A stretch of 64,000 nucleotides of DNA. Origin: a bacterium. GTDB taxonomy: Bacteria > Zhuqueibacterota > Zhuqueibacteria > Residuimicrobiales > Krinioviventaceae. Positions 41,667 to 51,007 of the stretch are shown one piece after another. The first letter of the stretch is position 1; each line of letters opens with the position of its first letter. The DNA is taken from assembly GCA_963674595.2 (NCBI GenBank), contig CAXXFV010000029.1, positions 184,600 through 248,599 on the forward strand, in the 5' to 3' direction. Under the pieces are notes generated by a model. That model saw nothing but the letters and a program-made list of their open reading frames with translations, searched no databases and was not told where the DNA came from. A program made the position numbers and the translations under genes.

Positions 41667-42416
41667 ATGGCAAACGCAAATTTCTCAACGTTATACAAAA
41701 ATGCTCATTTCAAGGCAACTCATAATTCCTATTCCGGAGACAAAGGTGGATTAAGGGGACCTATAAGAAAACAGTTGGATTCCGGTATACGATTTTTAGA
41801 GCTTGATGTTCATGCAAAAGGAGAACAGTTTGAAATAGGACACAGCAAAATTGGAGATCAAGTTGATAATAATGGTGAAAATCCACGAACGACAGAATTT
41901 AGCGCATGGCTTGAAATTATTGCTCAATGGTCGAATGAACATACAAATCACGTTCCGATAACAATTGGACTTGATGTCAAAAGTAATCTGTTAATACAAA
42001 ATGGGGTAATTATCAAATTTGAAAATTTGATTAAAGAAATATTCAAAAACAAACTTTACCCGGCCCACAAATTTAAAAAAAATGAGACAACAATCGAACA
42101 TCTTTTAGACCGGGTGCTTGTCGTTCTTTCAGGCAATGCGGAAACGCGTTCAATCTATCAAAACTCTTCCGTAAACAAATCACTCTTTGTAGAACTTAAA
42201 AAGGGAGAAAGTAACAAATTAGATAATAATATTTTTTATGCTGCAAGGTCCAGATTTGCATCATGGGGCCAGGAACAAAAAGAAAGAGGAAAGATTGTAC
42301 GAATCTGGGAATTTGATGAAAAGAGCACAAATGTCGATATAAATTTTCCGGCGACAGATGATCCCTATTCGGATTGGTATCAGGACTATTGTAAAAGAAT
42401 CAATACAATTTCTTAG
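41667..42416 (+). CDS. PI-PLC-like phosphodiesterase (TIM barrel)
   Basis: 'KATHNSY', 'QLDSGIRFLELDVH', 'WS..H.NH.PI'. Confidence 0.8.
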   Translation: MANANFSTLYKNAHFKATHNSYSGDKGGLRGPIRKQLDSGIRFLELDVHAKGEQFEIGHSKIGDQVDNNGENPRTTEFSAWLEIIAQWSNEHTNHVPITIGLDVKSNLLIQNGVIIKFENLIKEIFKNKLYPAHKFKKNETTIEHLLDRVLVVLSGNAETRSIYQNSSVNKSLFVELKKGESNKLDNNIFYAARSRFASWGQEQKERGKIVRIWEFDEKSTNVDINFPATDDPYSDWYQDYCKRINTIS

Positions 42417-42472
42417 TTTTTATTGATATAATCATTAATTCGGCTGAACCGGCTGAAAGAAAGTGAGGAATT

Positions 42473-43915
42473 ATGAATATAAGAAAGAGTTTTGGTCTGG
42501 CAGGGGTCCTTGTACTGTTGCTGCTTTTTACAGACAGTTTAATCTACGCACAAAACTGGCCAATGGTAAATGCAAACAAAGAACGGACATCCTGGGCGTC
42601 TAAAGAAACCACACTTTATCCGCCGCTTGAACAGAAAAAGGAAATTGCCGTCAAGTCGGAAGGGGATTATATCGTTCTCAATTACATAACAGTCTATGAA
42701 AATCTGCTTGCCTTGGGAGTCGGCAGATATCCAAATGTTCTGGAGGCAGCGGATATTTCCAGCGGTGACACATTGTGGACGTTTGAGGTTCCTGAGTCAA
42801 GAGCAAGTATGAATTTTGCCTGCGCTCAAAACGATTCCATGATTTTTGCCGGAGGCCAGCAAGGTTTGGGGCTTTATGCATTAAACAAATCGACAGGCGA
42901 GCTAAAATGGAGTAAACCCATGGGCACACTTTATACAAAAAGCCCAATACTCGATAATGAGTATTTATACATTTTAGGAGACAGTCTGTATTGTTTATCC
43001 ATAAAAGACGGGGCAACAATCTGGTCCAAATATCTCAAAATTCAGGGTACCCCGACTGTAGATGATTTATATGCCTATATTATTGGAAAAGGTAAAATAC
43101 AACTATTTGATAAAATGACCGGAGAACTGGAATGGTGGAAACCAAATACCCAAAATTCCGGGAGTGGATTAACGCTGGATGAGCAATGTTTTTATACATT
43201 CTCAAGTGATACAATATATGCCCACGTAAAAGAGAGCAAGAATATAAAATGGTTCTTTCATAATCCAGGGCATACAATTATTTGCGGAGGACAAAATGCA
43301 TTTGCTGTTGCAGAAACTAAATTATGCATTACCATGGAAGACACTGCAAACTCGCAGGTAAAGCTCGTTACGTTAAATAAAGAAAACGGAGAGCTTTTAT
43401 GGGACCATACCTTTTCCGGTAACTGGCTTTATACGCCAACAATTGCCAATGGTGTTGTTTATATCGTTTCAGTTGAAGGGGATTTGTATGCTTTTGACCT
43501 GGAAACCGGAACACAGATGTTTTACGATAATTCAAATAATTATCATTATCAAACTGCTGTTGCAAATCATGAGCTTTATGTGCCGACACGATCCAAAGTC
43601 GTTATATTTGGCAACGAAGATACAGGTATAGATAAAAACCATTCATTGCCGCAGGGTATCGAACTTTTGCAAAATTATCCCAATCCCTTTAATCCGGCAA
43701 CAACAATAAAATTTTACCTGTCTGAAAATGAATTTGTTACCTTGGCCATTTATGACAATCTTGGCAGAAAAATAAAGACGCTTTTAAATGAAAAAAGAGC
43801 AAAAGGGCATCACAGGGTTAATTTTGACGGCAGCGATTTGTCGAGCGGTATATACTATTGCCGGCTCTCGGCAGGTTCGTTTGTCAACACAAAAAAATTA
43901 TTACTACTTAAATAA
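42473..43915 (+). CDS. PQQ-like (BamB-type) beta-propeller protein with T9SS-type tail
   Basis: 'WPM...N..RT'; repeated 'AL...TG..W'; 'QNYPNPFNP...LSSGIYY'. Confidence 0.88.
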   Translation: MNIRKSFGLAGVLVLLLLFTDSLIYAQNWPMVNANKERTSWASKETTLYPPLEQKKEIAVKSEGDYIVLNYITVYENLLALGVGRYPNVLEAADISSGDTLWTFEVPESRASMNFACAQNDSMIFAGGQQGLGLYALNKSTGELKWSKPMGTLYTKSPILDNEYLYILGDSLYCLSIKDGATIWSKYLKIQGTPTVDDLYAYIIGKGKIQLFDKMTGELEWWKPNTQNSGSGLTLDEQCFYTFSSDTIYAHVKESKNIKWFFHNPGHTIICGGQNAFAVAETKLCITMEDTANSQVKLVTLNKENGELLWDHTFSGNWLYTPTIANGVVYIVSVEGDLYAFDLETGTQMFYDNSNNYHYQTAVANHELYVPTRSKVVIFGNEDTGIDKNHSLPQGIELLQNYPNPFNPATTIKFYLSENEFVTLAIYDNLGRKIKTLLNEKRAKGHHRVNFDGSDLSSGIYYCRLSAGSFVNTKKLLLLK

Positions 43916-44003
43916 AACAACAACAATTAACAGCGACACCGGATTGAGCAGATTTAATACATGCTGTTCAATCCGGGCTTGCACATTGAAAGGGGTAAAC
44001 CTG

Positions 44004-44588
44004 ATGGATATTAAAAATATCATCACTCAAACAATAGAGGGACTGAAAGAGAAAGCCAGTAAAGATAATTCACAAGGTTCAGAAATGGACAGAAATAAAA
44101 AGAGAGCCAAAATGTGGGTTGAATCGCTGGCAAACAATTTAAAAGAGGCTGTGGATAAAGACGCCCTTATGTTTTACAAAGGTTATGAAGAAAATAAAGA
44201 ACAGTTCGGTTTAACGGAATACCTTCACGACATTTTGATCTGCACCACTGAAAAGCTTCCATCACCTGGAAAAGGAAAAGAACTACAAACTGTAAAAAGA
44301 GTGATCTGGCAAATTGAATCGGAATTAATCGCAAGCAGAGATACCAGAACATTACTTACAGATTTTAACAAACTCACGCTCGGTTCTGCTCAAAACAAAC
44401 TTTTTGTTATGAGCCATGCAAAAAACAACAGTAATAAAGAGTTACTAAAATTCTTTGAAAAACCGGCATCCTTTTGTTCAGGGAATCTTTATTTAGCATT
44501 TATCCCGCATCCGGGTGTGTGGACGACAAGTAAGGATAAAGCAGAAGTTTATGAATATGTATCGCACTGGAAAACAATTGATTTATAA
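44004..44588 (+). CDS. Hypothetical protein, possible PD-(D/E)xK-like nuclease fold
   Basis: 'EYL.DI', 'WQIESE', 'DF.KL......KLFV' pattern. Confidence 0.55.
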   Translation: MDIKNIITQTIEGLKEKASKDNSQGSEMDRNKKRAKMWVESLANNLKEAVDKDALMFYKGYEENKEQFGLTEYLHDILICTTEKLPSPGKGKELQTVKRVIWQIESELIASRDTRTLLTDFNKLTLGSAQNKLFVMSHAKNNSNKELLKFFEKPASFCSGNLYLAFIPHPGVWTTSKDKAEVYEYVSHWKTIDL

Positions 44589-44756
44589 ACAGGACGGTCA
44601 TAAAATTCCTTATTATAAAAATAAAGGGAGAAACCAGAACACTCTTGCCGCAAGGATGGTATATTATTTAAAAAGCCCTTGCACCAGGGACACGAAATTT
44701 GTATCATTTATTTGTCAGAATGAGAGTTGTATCAACATCAAAAATTGGAGCATCTC

Positions 44757-45512
44757 TTGAAAAAAAGACAAAAAGTCAGACTTGGAATTTTACTCTTTTC
44801 CTTTTTTTTATTTCCGGTTACATTTTACTATCTGTCACCCTACCTCATTGTCCAGGCAACCAGTGAAGGCATCATCAACGGAAGTTTTATTTTATTTTCC
44901 CTTTTATTTTTATCATCATTAATATTGGGACGCGCTTTTTGCGGCTGGGTATGCCCGGCAGCAGGCTGTCAGGAGGTAATCACCAATGTACGTGAAAAAA
45001 GGGTAATCAAAGACAACTGGATAAAATGGGTGATATGGCTTCCATGGATTTCGGCAATTATTGTCATGGCGGTTCGAAACCATGGGTATGACAAAGTTAA
45101 TTTCCTATATCAAACAACCTATGGTTTTTCCATTAATAATATTTATTCGAGTATTACCTATGTTTTTGTCCTGCTGCTCATCGTACTTCCGGCCTTTATA
45201 ATCGGCAAACGATCATTTTGCCACCACATTTGCTGGATGGCTCCCTTTATGATCATCGGCAGAAAAATCCGAAACCTGTTTAAATGGCCGGCCCTGCAGC
45301 TCGTTGCGGACAAGGACCAATGCACACAATGCCAGACATGCACCAATCATTGTCCGATGAGTCTGCCGGTAAACAAGATGGTCCAGTCAAGTCACATGGA
45401 AAACGCGGAATGTATATTGTGCGGTTCCTGTATCGACGGCTGTCCCCAGAGTGTCATTCATTATAAATTCACCCATACCAAAAATCCAACCCGGGACACA
45501 AACAAGGGATAA
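44757..45512 (+). CDS. Membrane 4Fe-4S binding protein (NapH/MauN-like polyferredoxin)
   Basis: 'GRAFCGWVCP', 'FCHHICW', CxxCxxCxxxCP twice; GGAG plus TTG start. Confidence 0.9.
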   Translation: MKKRQKVRLGILLFSFFLFPVTFYYLSPYLIVQATSEGIINGSFILFSLLFLSSLILGRAFCGWVCPAAGCQEVITNVREKRVIKDNWIKWVIWLPWISAIIVMAVRNHGYDKVNFLYQTTYGFSINNIYSSITYVFVLLLIVLPAFIIGKRSFCHHICWMAPFMIIGRKIRNLFKWPALQLVADKDQCTQCQTCTNHCPMSLPVNKMVQSSHMENAECILCGSCIDGCPQSVIHYKFTHTKNPTRDTNKG

Positions 45513-45532
45513 CATATTATTTTAAAAATACC

Positions 45533-45744
45533 TTGCGCTAATATTTCAGAATTCGTATTATTGATTTATTATTTTAAGGATTGTTTTTCATCATGATTTG
45601 ACCGGGCAGGGGTGTTCCTGATTTTTCACATATAAAATGTGATTTAACAGTACACACAAGGAAGAAATTGAGCCGGTCACAAAATCACAATCCGGTTATT
45701 TCACGTCAAAATTTTTGGGTGGGTAAAGAGCATGGATAATTGAT
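45533..45744 (+). ncRNA. Dispersed promoter-bearing structured element, copy 3
   Basis: TTGCGC-N17-TATTAT; AAGGATTGTTTTTCA..GGGTGTTCC; ACACACAAGGAAGAAATTGAGCCGG..CCGGTT..TTTTTGGGT. Confidence 0.65.
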
Positions 45745-45748
45745 ATTA

Positions 45749-45800
45749 GCAAGGTGCCGCTCCTGCCGCACCATCTATAACCGATATAAAAAATACCGAG
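45749..45800. repeat. REPIN family A, copy 4 (degenerate)
   Basis: GCAAGGTGCCGCTCCTGCCGCACC plus AAAATAC spacer, directly after element copy 3. Confidence 0.6.
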
Positions 45801-45840
45801 TAACATAAATACATTTGATCTGCAACTTTATTAAACAGGA

Positions 45841-48800
45841 ATGAATATGAAAATAATGAAAATAGGTGTCTGTCTTTTAGCGCTGCAGGCAAGCTATGTC
45901 GGAACGCCATTGTATGCGCAGCAGTTGCCGGCTGGTTACGAAGTAAGGTATTTTTCAAAAAACCCGCAAGCCAACGGTGAAACTGATTTTAAAGGAGAAA
46001 CGTCAACTTTAAATACGGACCAGCGTATTGAATTCCTGAAATTTTATGCCGACCAGGTTTCAACATATTATGGAGATAAAGACCTTGATACTAAAGTGGT
46101 TAGCAACAAAGAGGCCCTCGATTTTTTTAACAGTATAAAACCCCAGCCTCTTCCTTCCATCAGAAAAAGAGTAAATCTTGGTCAATGGAAATGGCTGAGT
46201 TCCAAAAAAGGAAAATGTCAAGAAAGCATCCAAAAACTTTTAAAATTCAACGGTGCAAAAGATATTCTGTTAAAAGAGGGCGTGCTGAATTTTCAAAACA
46301 ATGCCGCATGGAAGTGGAATTTCCCGGCACAAACATGGCGTTTTTCCCTCCAATGGAAGGCCCGTTTGCTGGATGACAATTCAAACGCTGAATTCCTGTT
46401 GCTTGATGGCAGAACAGATAAAATATTCGCAAAAATTGAAATGATTAAAAATACCTGCTCCTACTATTCCCTGGGCGAAAAAATGCAGGCGACCCGCTGC
46501 CGCACTGGTGCCTGGTACGATATCAAAATCGAGGCGGACCTGGACGGTGACGACGGCAGACCGCATTATAATGTGTTTATCAACGGAGAACAGGTTGGCG
46601 ATTATGTTGCTGCGAACGAAATCACCGGTCAAATCGATGCTTTTATGGTTAAAACCTCGGGAGGGATTGAAACGGATGAACTGTACGGCGTTGGCTATCA
46701 CAAAACCACGGATGTGTCACAACCCTATTATCCCAAAACCTTTATTGATGAGCGGTTTGACAGGGAACCCTGCATTGACGGCTGGCAGGACAACAGCTAT
46801 GATGACACCTGCTGGCAGATAACCGACCTTCCGCATGTGGTGGGATCGGAAAGATATGAAGGACAAGATCTGTTTCTCAGAAAAACCGTTAAAATTGAAA
46901 ATCTGCAGCGGGCTTATTTAAATATCGAAACGCTTGATCCGGGCGGGGAAATATGGATAAACGGTAAAATGGCCGCACTTGTCAAGGACCGCTATCCCAT
47001 CCGATTGGACGTCACGGATTACCTGCTCCCCTATTCGGAAAACCTGATCGCCATCAAAGTGAATGCCTTTTATCTGACGCCAAAACTAGGCGTGCCCCTT
47101 GGACAGACCTACCTCGATCATAATTACGGATGGTTTGCAGGGCGGGCATTCCTCGACCTGGTCGGAGAGACCTTTGTAAATAACGTATTTTTTTATACAA
47201 AATCCATAAAAGATGACAAAGCTCTGGTCCACGCAAAAATTGATCTTGAACACAGGGGAACGCTTGGGTTCAAAGGGAAAATCAAAATTAAAACAGTTAT
47301 CTGGGACGAGAATACCCAAACCGGGACAACGCCGGCGGCAGAGGTGCCGGATGTGTTGATCGGACCCGGAATTAAGGAATTTACGACTGACTTTGAGATG
47401 GAAAATCCGAAACTGTGGTCGCCTGAATCACCCACGCTTTATAAAGTGATAGTCGAACTGGAAAAAGACGGCATTGTGGTTGATGATTATGTATTTACCA
47501 CCGGCATCCGCACCGTTTCCCAGGAAGGCGGCACCTTTCGTCTTAACGGAAAACCCGCCATGCTGAACGGCGTGCAGATATTCGGGTTCCGAGGCCCGAT
47601 AGAAAACCTGGCTACATGGCTGCGCTGCCCTCCGGATTACTGGGTCGCCAAAGAGATGCTCATGACGCAAAAGATGAACAGCAACCTGCTCAGAATGCAT
47701 GCTCACGGATGGAAAGAAAAAGCGGTCGGCGTGAATGACGAACGCTACTGCGAACTGGCTGACCAGATGGGCATTATGCTGATATGGAGTCCTCCGGCGT
47801 GGCTGCGGGAAGGTGACTGGGGAAGGGCCGATTTTGACGGGTATAACAAATATATGAAACAGGTCCAAAACCACCCGAGTATTGTAATGTGGGAGGTTTC
47901 AAACCATCCCAATACCTTTAAAAAACACGAAACCTACGAAAGCGATCTGTTTTGTGAAGCGGCCTACCAGGCAGTTTATCCCTACGACCCCAGCCGGCTG
48001 ATTTCGCTCACATCTCATATCGGTCATCTGCATTACGGTAATGATGAGGGGACCATAGATCAGCGCGGGGGCAAAATCTCACTGCCAAAAACCGCCGTTG
48101 CCGACCAGGGCAACCAGGACGCCCTTACCGGCTATGGCACATCAAAAGATTTTTACGGCGATAGCCTCAAGTCCTCGAAAGCATGGACAGCCCCCATGGT
48201 AACCCGGGGCAATCAGGACGCGCCCACAGGCTATGGCAATGATTGGAGCCAGTTGCGCACCTGGCCGGGGGCCTATCGCCAGGATTTTCTGGACAGTAAG
48301 GAAAGGGCCTTTTTTAATTTTGAACACCAGGAATCCATCGGTCAGCCCAACTGGGACCTATGCAAAGGAAAACCCTGGTATCATTTACCGTCTTATGAAT
48401 GGCCTTATGACGAGGGAAGCATCGGTAAAAAGCTGTCATTTGACGAATGGCGGGTGAGCCAGGCCTGGCAGGCCTTTTCGGCCTATGAGGCGATTAAAAA
48501 AATGAGAAAACTTGATTATGACGGTTTTTCATGGTGCTGCCTCCACGGTGGGGCCAATTCCGTAACCTACAGGAAACCACTGATCGACTTTGAAGACCAC
48601 GCCAAACTGGCTTTTCATATTCACAAAACCGTTTTTAACAAGGTTCTTGCCGGCAGCAATAATGTTGATGTGGTTTATGGGCCGGACGATATGATCACCC
48701 CAATGGTGCTTAACCTGGGCGAGCAAAAAAATGTCAATGTGGCTGTCATTATCCGTAACAAATTCAATGGCCGGGAGCTTGAAAAAAAGGTCTACCATGA

Positions 48801-48906
48801 TGTTGTACTGCCGGCAGGAAGAACAGTCACGGAACTGGCGCCTTTTAAACCCGCCCTGGACCAGGAAGGGCTTTACTGGATAGAGTACAGGGTGGAAAAC
48901 AAATAA
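45841..48906 (+). CDS. Glycoside hydrolase family 2 (beta-galactosidase/glucuronidase-like)
   Basis: 'IWING', 'PKLWSPESP.LY', 'GIRT......F.LNG', 'N..R.H', 'DQMGI', 'NHPSIVMWE..N'. Confidence 0.88.
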   Translation: MNMKIMKIGVCLLALQASYVGTPLYAQQLPAGYEVRYFSKNPQANGETDFKGETSTLNTDQRIEFLKFYADQVSTYYGDKDLDTKVVSNKEALDFFNSIKPQPLPSIRKRVNLGQWKWLSSKKGKCQESIQKLLKFNGAKDILLKEGVLNFQNNAAWKWNFPAQTWRFSLQWKARLLDDNSNAEFLLLDGRTDKIFAKIEMIKNTCSYYSLGEKMQATRCRTGAWYDIKIEADLDGDDGRPHYNVFINGEQVGDYVAANEITGQIDAFMVKTSGGIETDELYGVGYHKTTDVSQPYYPKTFIDERFDREPCIDGWQDNSYDDTCWQITDLPHVVGSERYEGQDLFLRKTVKIENLQRAYLNIETLDPGGEIWINGKMAALVKDRYPIRLDVTDYLLPYSENLIAIKVNAFYLTPKLGVPLGQTYLDHNYGWFAGRAFLDLVGETFVNNVFFYTKSIKDDKALVHAKIDLEHRGTLGFKGKIKIKTVIWDENTQTGTTPAAEVPDVLIGPGIKEFTTDFEMENPKLWSPESPTLYKVIVELEKDGIVVDDYVFTTGIRTVSQEGGTFRLNGKPAMLNGVQIFGFRGPIENLATWLRCPPDYWVAKEMLMTQKMNSNLLRMHAHGWKEKAVGVNDERYCELADQMGIMLIWSPPAWLREGDWGRADFDGYNKYMKQVQNHPSIVMWEVSNHPNTFKKHETYESDLFCEAAYQAVYPYDPSRLISLTSHIGHLHYGNDEGTIDQRGGKISLPKTAVADQGNQDALTGYGTSKDFYGDSLKSSKAWTAPMVTRGNQDAPTGYGNDWSQLRTWPGAYRQDFLDSKERAFFNFEHQESIGQPNWDLCKGKPWYHLPSYEWPYDEGSIGKKLSFDEWRVSQAWQAFSAYEAIKKMRKLDYDGFSWCCLHGGANSVTYRKPLIDFEDHAKLAFHIHKTVFNKVLAGSNNVDVVYGPDDMITPMVLNLGEQKNVNVAVIIRNKFNGRELEKKVYHDVVLPAGRTVTELAPFKPALDQEGLYWIEYRVENK

Positions 48907-48956
48907 TAAAACAAACCTGATTTGATATTTACCAAAACATAAATATTGTTATAAAT

Positions 48957-48982
48957 CACCCGGAGGTTCCGGCCTCCGGGTG
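48957..48982. terminator. Strong GC hairpin after the GH2 gene
   Basis: CACCCGGAGG-TTCCGG-CCTCCGGGTG. Confidence 0.6.
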
Positions 48983-48992
48983 TAAAAATCCC

Positions 48993-49219
48993 TTGCGCTA
49001 ATATCAGGGAATTCGTATTATTCTCTATCAGCATTAAGGACTGTTTTTCAGGACAATTTTGTCGGACACGGGAGTCCATGAAAACCTTTAGCTGATTTAC
49101 CATTTTATTAATTACGGGATTCAACAGTACATACGAGGAAGAGATTGCGTCGGTTACAATGTTATTTTTCGGTTGTTATACTCTCAAAATTTTTGGGTTG
49201 GGTGGAGTGTGGATTATTC
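48993..49219 (+). ncRNA. Dispersed promoter-bearing structured element, copy 4
   Basis: TTGCGC-N17-TATTAT; ATCAGC/GCTGAT, GGACT/AGTCC and GACAA/TTGTC stems; ACGAGGAAGAGATTGCGTCGG; TTTTGGGTTGGGTGG. Confidence 0.7.
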
Positions 49220-49225
49220 AAAACT

Positions 49226-49284
49226 GTAGGGTGCCGGTTCTACCGCACCTTTCCGTGATTTATATAAAAAATACGATTAAAAGG
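49226..49284. repeat. REPIN family A, copy 5 (canonical GTAG REP)
   Basis: GTAG-GGTGCCGGTTCTACCGCACC plus AAAATAC spacer, directly after element copy 4. Confidence 0.75.
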
Positions 49285-49294
49285 AGTTATTATT

Positions 49295-49549
49295 ATGCGT
49301 GATACAAAATATGCAAGAGAATTGGCAAGTGTATCCTATGATTGGAAGGATTCAGAAGCAAGAATTGAAAGGCTTTTTATTAAGGCACGTGGACATGAAG
49401 AGATCAGATTCTCTTGGTGGCGTGGTAATAGATTGATTCCCAGACCTCTTGACGTAACTGAGGATGAACTTTTTGAATTATTAAAAAGTGCAAGAAAGAA
49501 AAATATTTTCTCAGAAAATTTTCTTGAAAAGGTAAAAAAAATTTTATAA
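49295..49549 (+). CDS. Small hypothetical protein
   Basis: AGGAG RBS; 84-aa ORF with 'EEIRFSWW....PRPLD..E..L..L'. Confidence 0.75.
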   Translation: MRDTKYARELASVSYDWKDSEARIERLFIKARGHEEIRFSWWRGNRLIPRPLDVTEDELFELLKSARKKNIFSENFLEKVKKIL

Positions 49550-49580
49550 AACCTAACTAAAATTATTTTTTGCTCTGAAA

Positions 49581-49708
49581 AAGTTGCAGGCCGAGTTCTC
49601 ATGTGAAACCCGACAAAAAGATAGCTAGAAGGAAAATATTTATACAAATACTAAAAAATTGATAAAAGTATCAATTAAATGATGGCCCAAATAACCCATC
49701 ATACAACT
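49581..49708. repeat. REPIN family B, copy 1 (~130 bp)
   Basis: Direct repeat of 50361-50491; GTTG...CAAC ends with two internal hairpins. Confidence 0.8.
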
Positions 49709-49720
49709 TTAAAGGAAACA

Positions 49721-50383
49721 ATGAAAACGATCTTCTATGAAACTGATATATCAAGTTTTGAGGATTTTCACGATAGTGATTGGGTACAGAAAATCATCAC
49801 TCTTGTAAAAGGTACTGATATTGAACCTGTGGCAGAAGAATTTGTCTCACATTGGTGGGGGTGCGCTAAAGCTTTTGTCTTACCTTGGTTGTTAGTAAAT
49901 GGAGTCTATGACAGTGTTTATAGTGCAATTTTATTTCCACCCAACAAGTCGCGTCAGGATGTATGGAATGAGTATTTGCAGCATAACGAGTTTAAAGGAG
50001 CATTGTGGAAACTAGCAGAAGGTATGTATTGTAGTTTATACTATGCTTATGAAAATTTAGTTGTCAATACACTTATAAAAATAAAGAATAGACGTATACG
50101 CGTAACTGACCAGGACTTTAAAAAAGTATTGGTTGAAGTTTATGGAGATAAATTTACACATAGGATATGGAATGACAATTTTATCGCCGTGTCGAGAGAG
50201 ATAAGGAATTGTATTGTTCACAACGTCGGTAAATCATCCCCACGACTTCAGAAAATGAGCCCATTGCCACTTATTAAGAAAGGAAATATATTAATATCAG
50301 CTTCCGACACTCGAATGTTATACAACACATTAAAACCACTTGCTTTTGAGATTTTGAGTGAAGTTGTAGGCCGGATTCCATGA
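49721..50383 (+). CDS. Hypothetical protein with HEPN-like R-N-x3-H motif
   Basis: 'Y.AYE' helix and 'REIRNCIVHN.G'; stop codon lies inside the downstream repeat. Confidence 0.6.
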   Translation: MKTIFYETDISSFEDFHDSDWVQKIITLVKGTDIEPVAEEFVSHWWGCAKAFVLPWLLVNGVYDSVYSAILFPPNKSRQDVWNEYLQHNEFKGALWKLAEGMYCSLYYAYENLVVNTLIKIKNRRIRVTDQDFKKVLVEVYGDKFTHRIWNDNFIAVSREIRNCIVHNVGKSSPRLQKMSPLPLIKKGNILISASDTRMLYNTLKPLAFEILSEVVGRIP

Positions 50384-50491
50384 GAGAACCCGGCAAAAAG
50401 ATAGCCTGAGAAAATATTTATATATATACTACAAAATTGATAAAAGTAAGTTTCAGTTAAGTGATAGGGCATCATAGCCCATTCTACAATT
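50361..50491. repeat. REPIN family B, copy 2
   Basis: TTGTAG-GCCGG..CCGGC ... GGGC..GCCC-ATT-CTACAA: two inverted GTAG REPs. Confidence 0.8.
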
Positions 50492-50578
50492 ATCTACATT
50501 TTCAACAGAAATATCCCCTATCACATTATCCCAGGAAACGAAAATCCAGAAACAGTAAAAAAATAAAGGAGAAATGTG

Positions 50579-50983
50579 ATGAAATGTCCGTTATGTGGTT
50601 TAGAGAACCCTGAATCTGCAATGCAGTGTGATTGTGGTTATTACTTTATTAAACCAAAAGAAACTACAACAAAAACAACGACAACAACAACTGATAATTC
50701 GCAAAGTTCATTTAAACAATTTGAAGTAAAATCACATTTTAAAACCTTGTTAGCATATGGCAACTTTACATCAGGATTCGGTTGGGTAATAATCTTCTTA
50801 GGAATAATTGGAATAATTGGCGGATTAGCTAGCGGTAAAGACATTGGATTTGGTATAGCTGTTGGAGGAATATTCATAATTTTATCTGGACTTAGTATGA
50901 TAATTTTGGGCCAATTGATTAGCTGTTTTGTCTCAATAGAAAGAAATACAAGGGTAACTTATGAGTTACTACAGGCAAAATAA
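50579..50983 (+). CDS. Zinc-ribbon plus two-TM membrane protein
   Basis: 'MKCPLCGLENP.....CDCGY.F'; two hydrophobic helices; 'IERNTR'. Confidence 0.75.
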   Translation: MKCPLCGLENPESAMQCDCGYYFIKPKETTTKTTTTTTDNSQSSFKQFEVKSHFKTLLAYGNFTSGFGWVIIFLGIIGIIGGLASGKDIGFGIAVGGIFIILSGLSMIILGQLISCFVSIERNTRVTYELLQAK

Positions 50984-51007
50984 AATATCAAAATAATAGT
51001 TATTTCA

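Noticed and set aside
2606-50983. Classical integron/attC cassette array
   Set aside because: No tyrosine integrase in the window. Isolated core-like 7-mers (ACCTAAC at 49551, GTTAAGC at 9425) have no complementary partner forming a full attC hairpin that I could find by eye. IntegronFinder would settle it.
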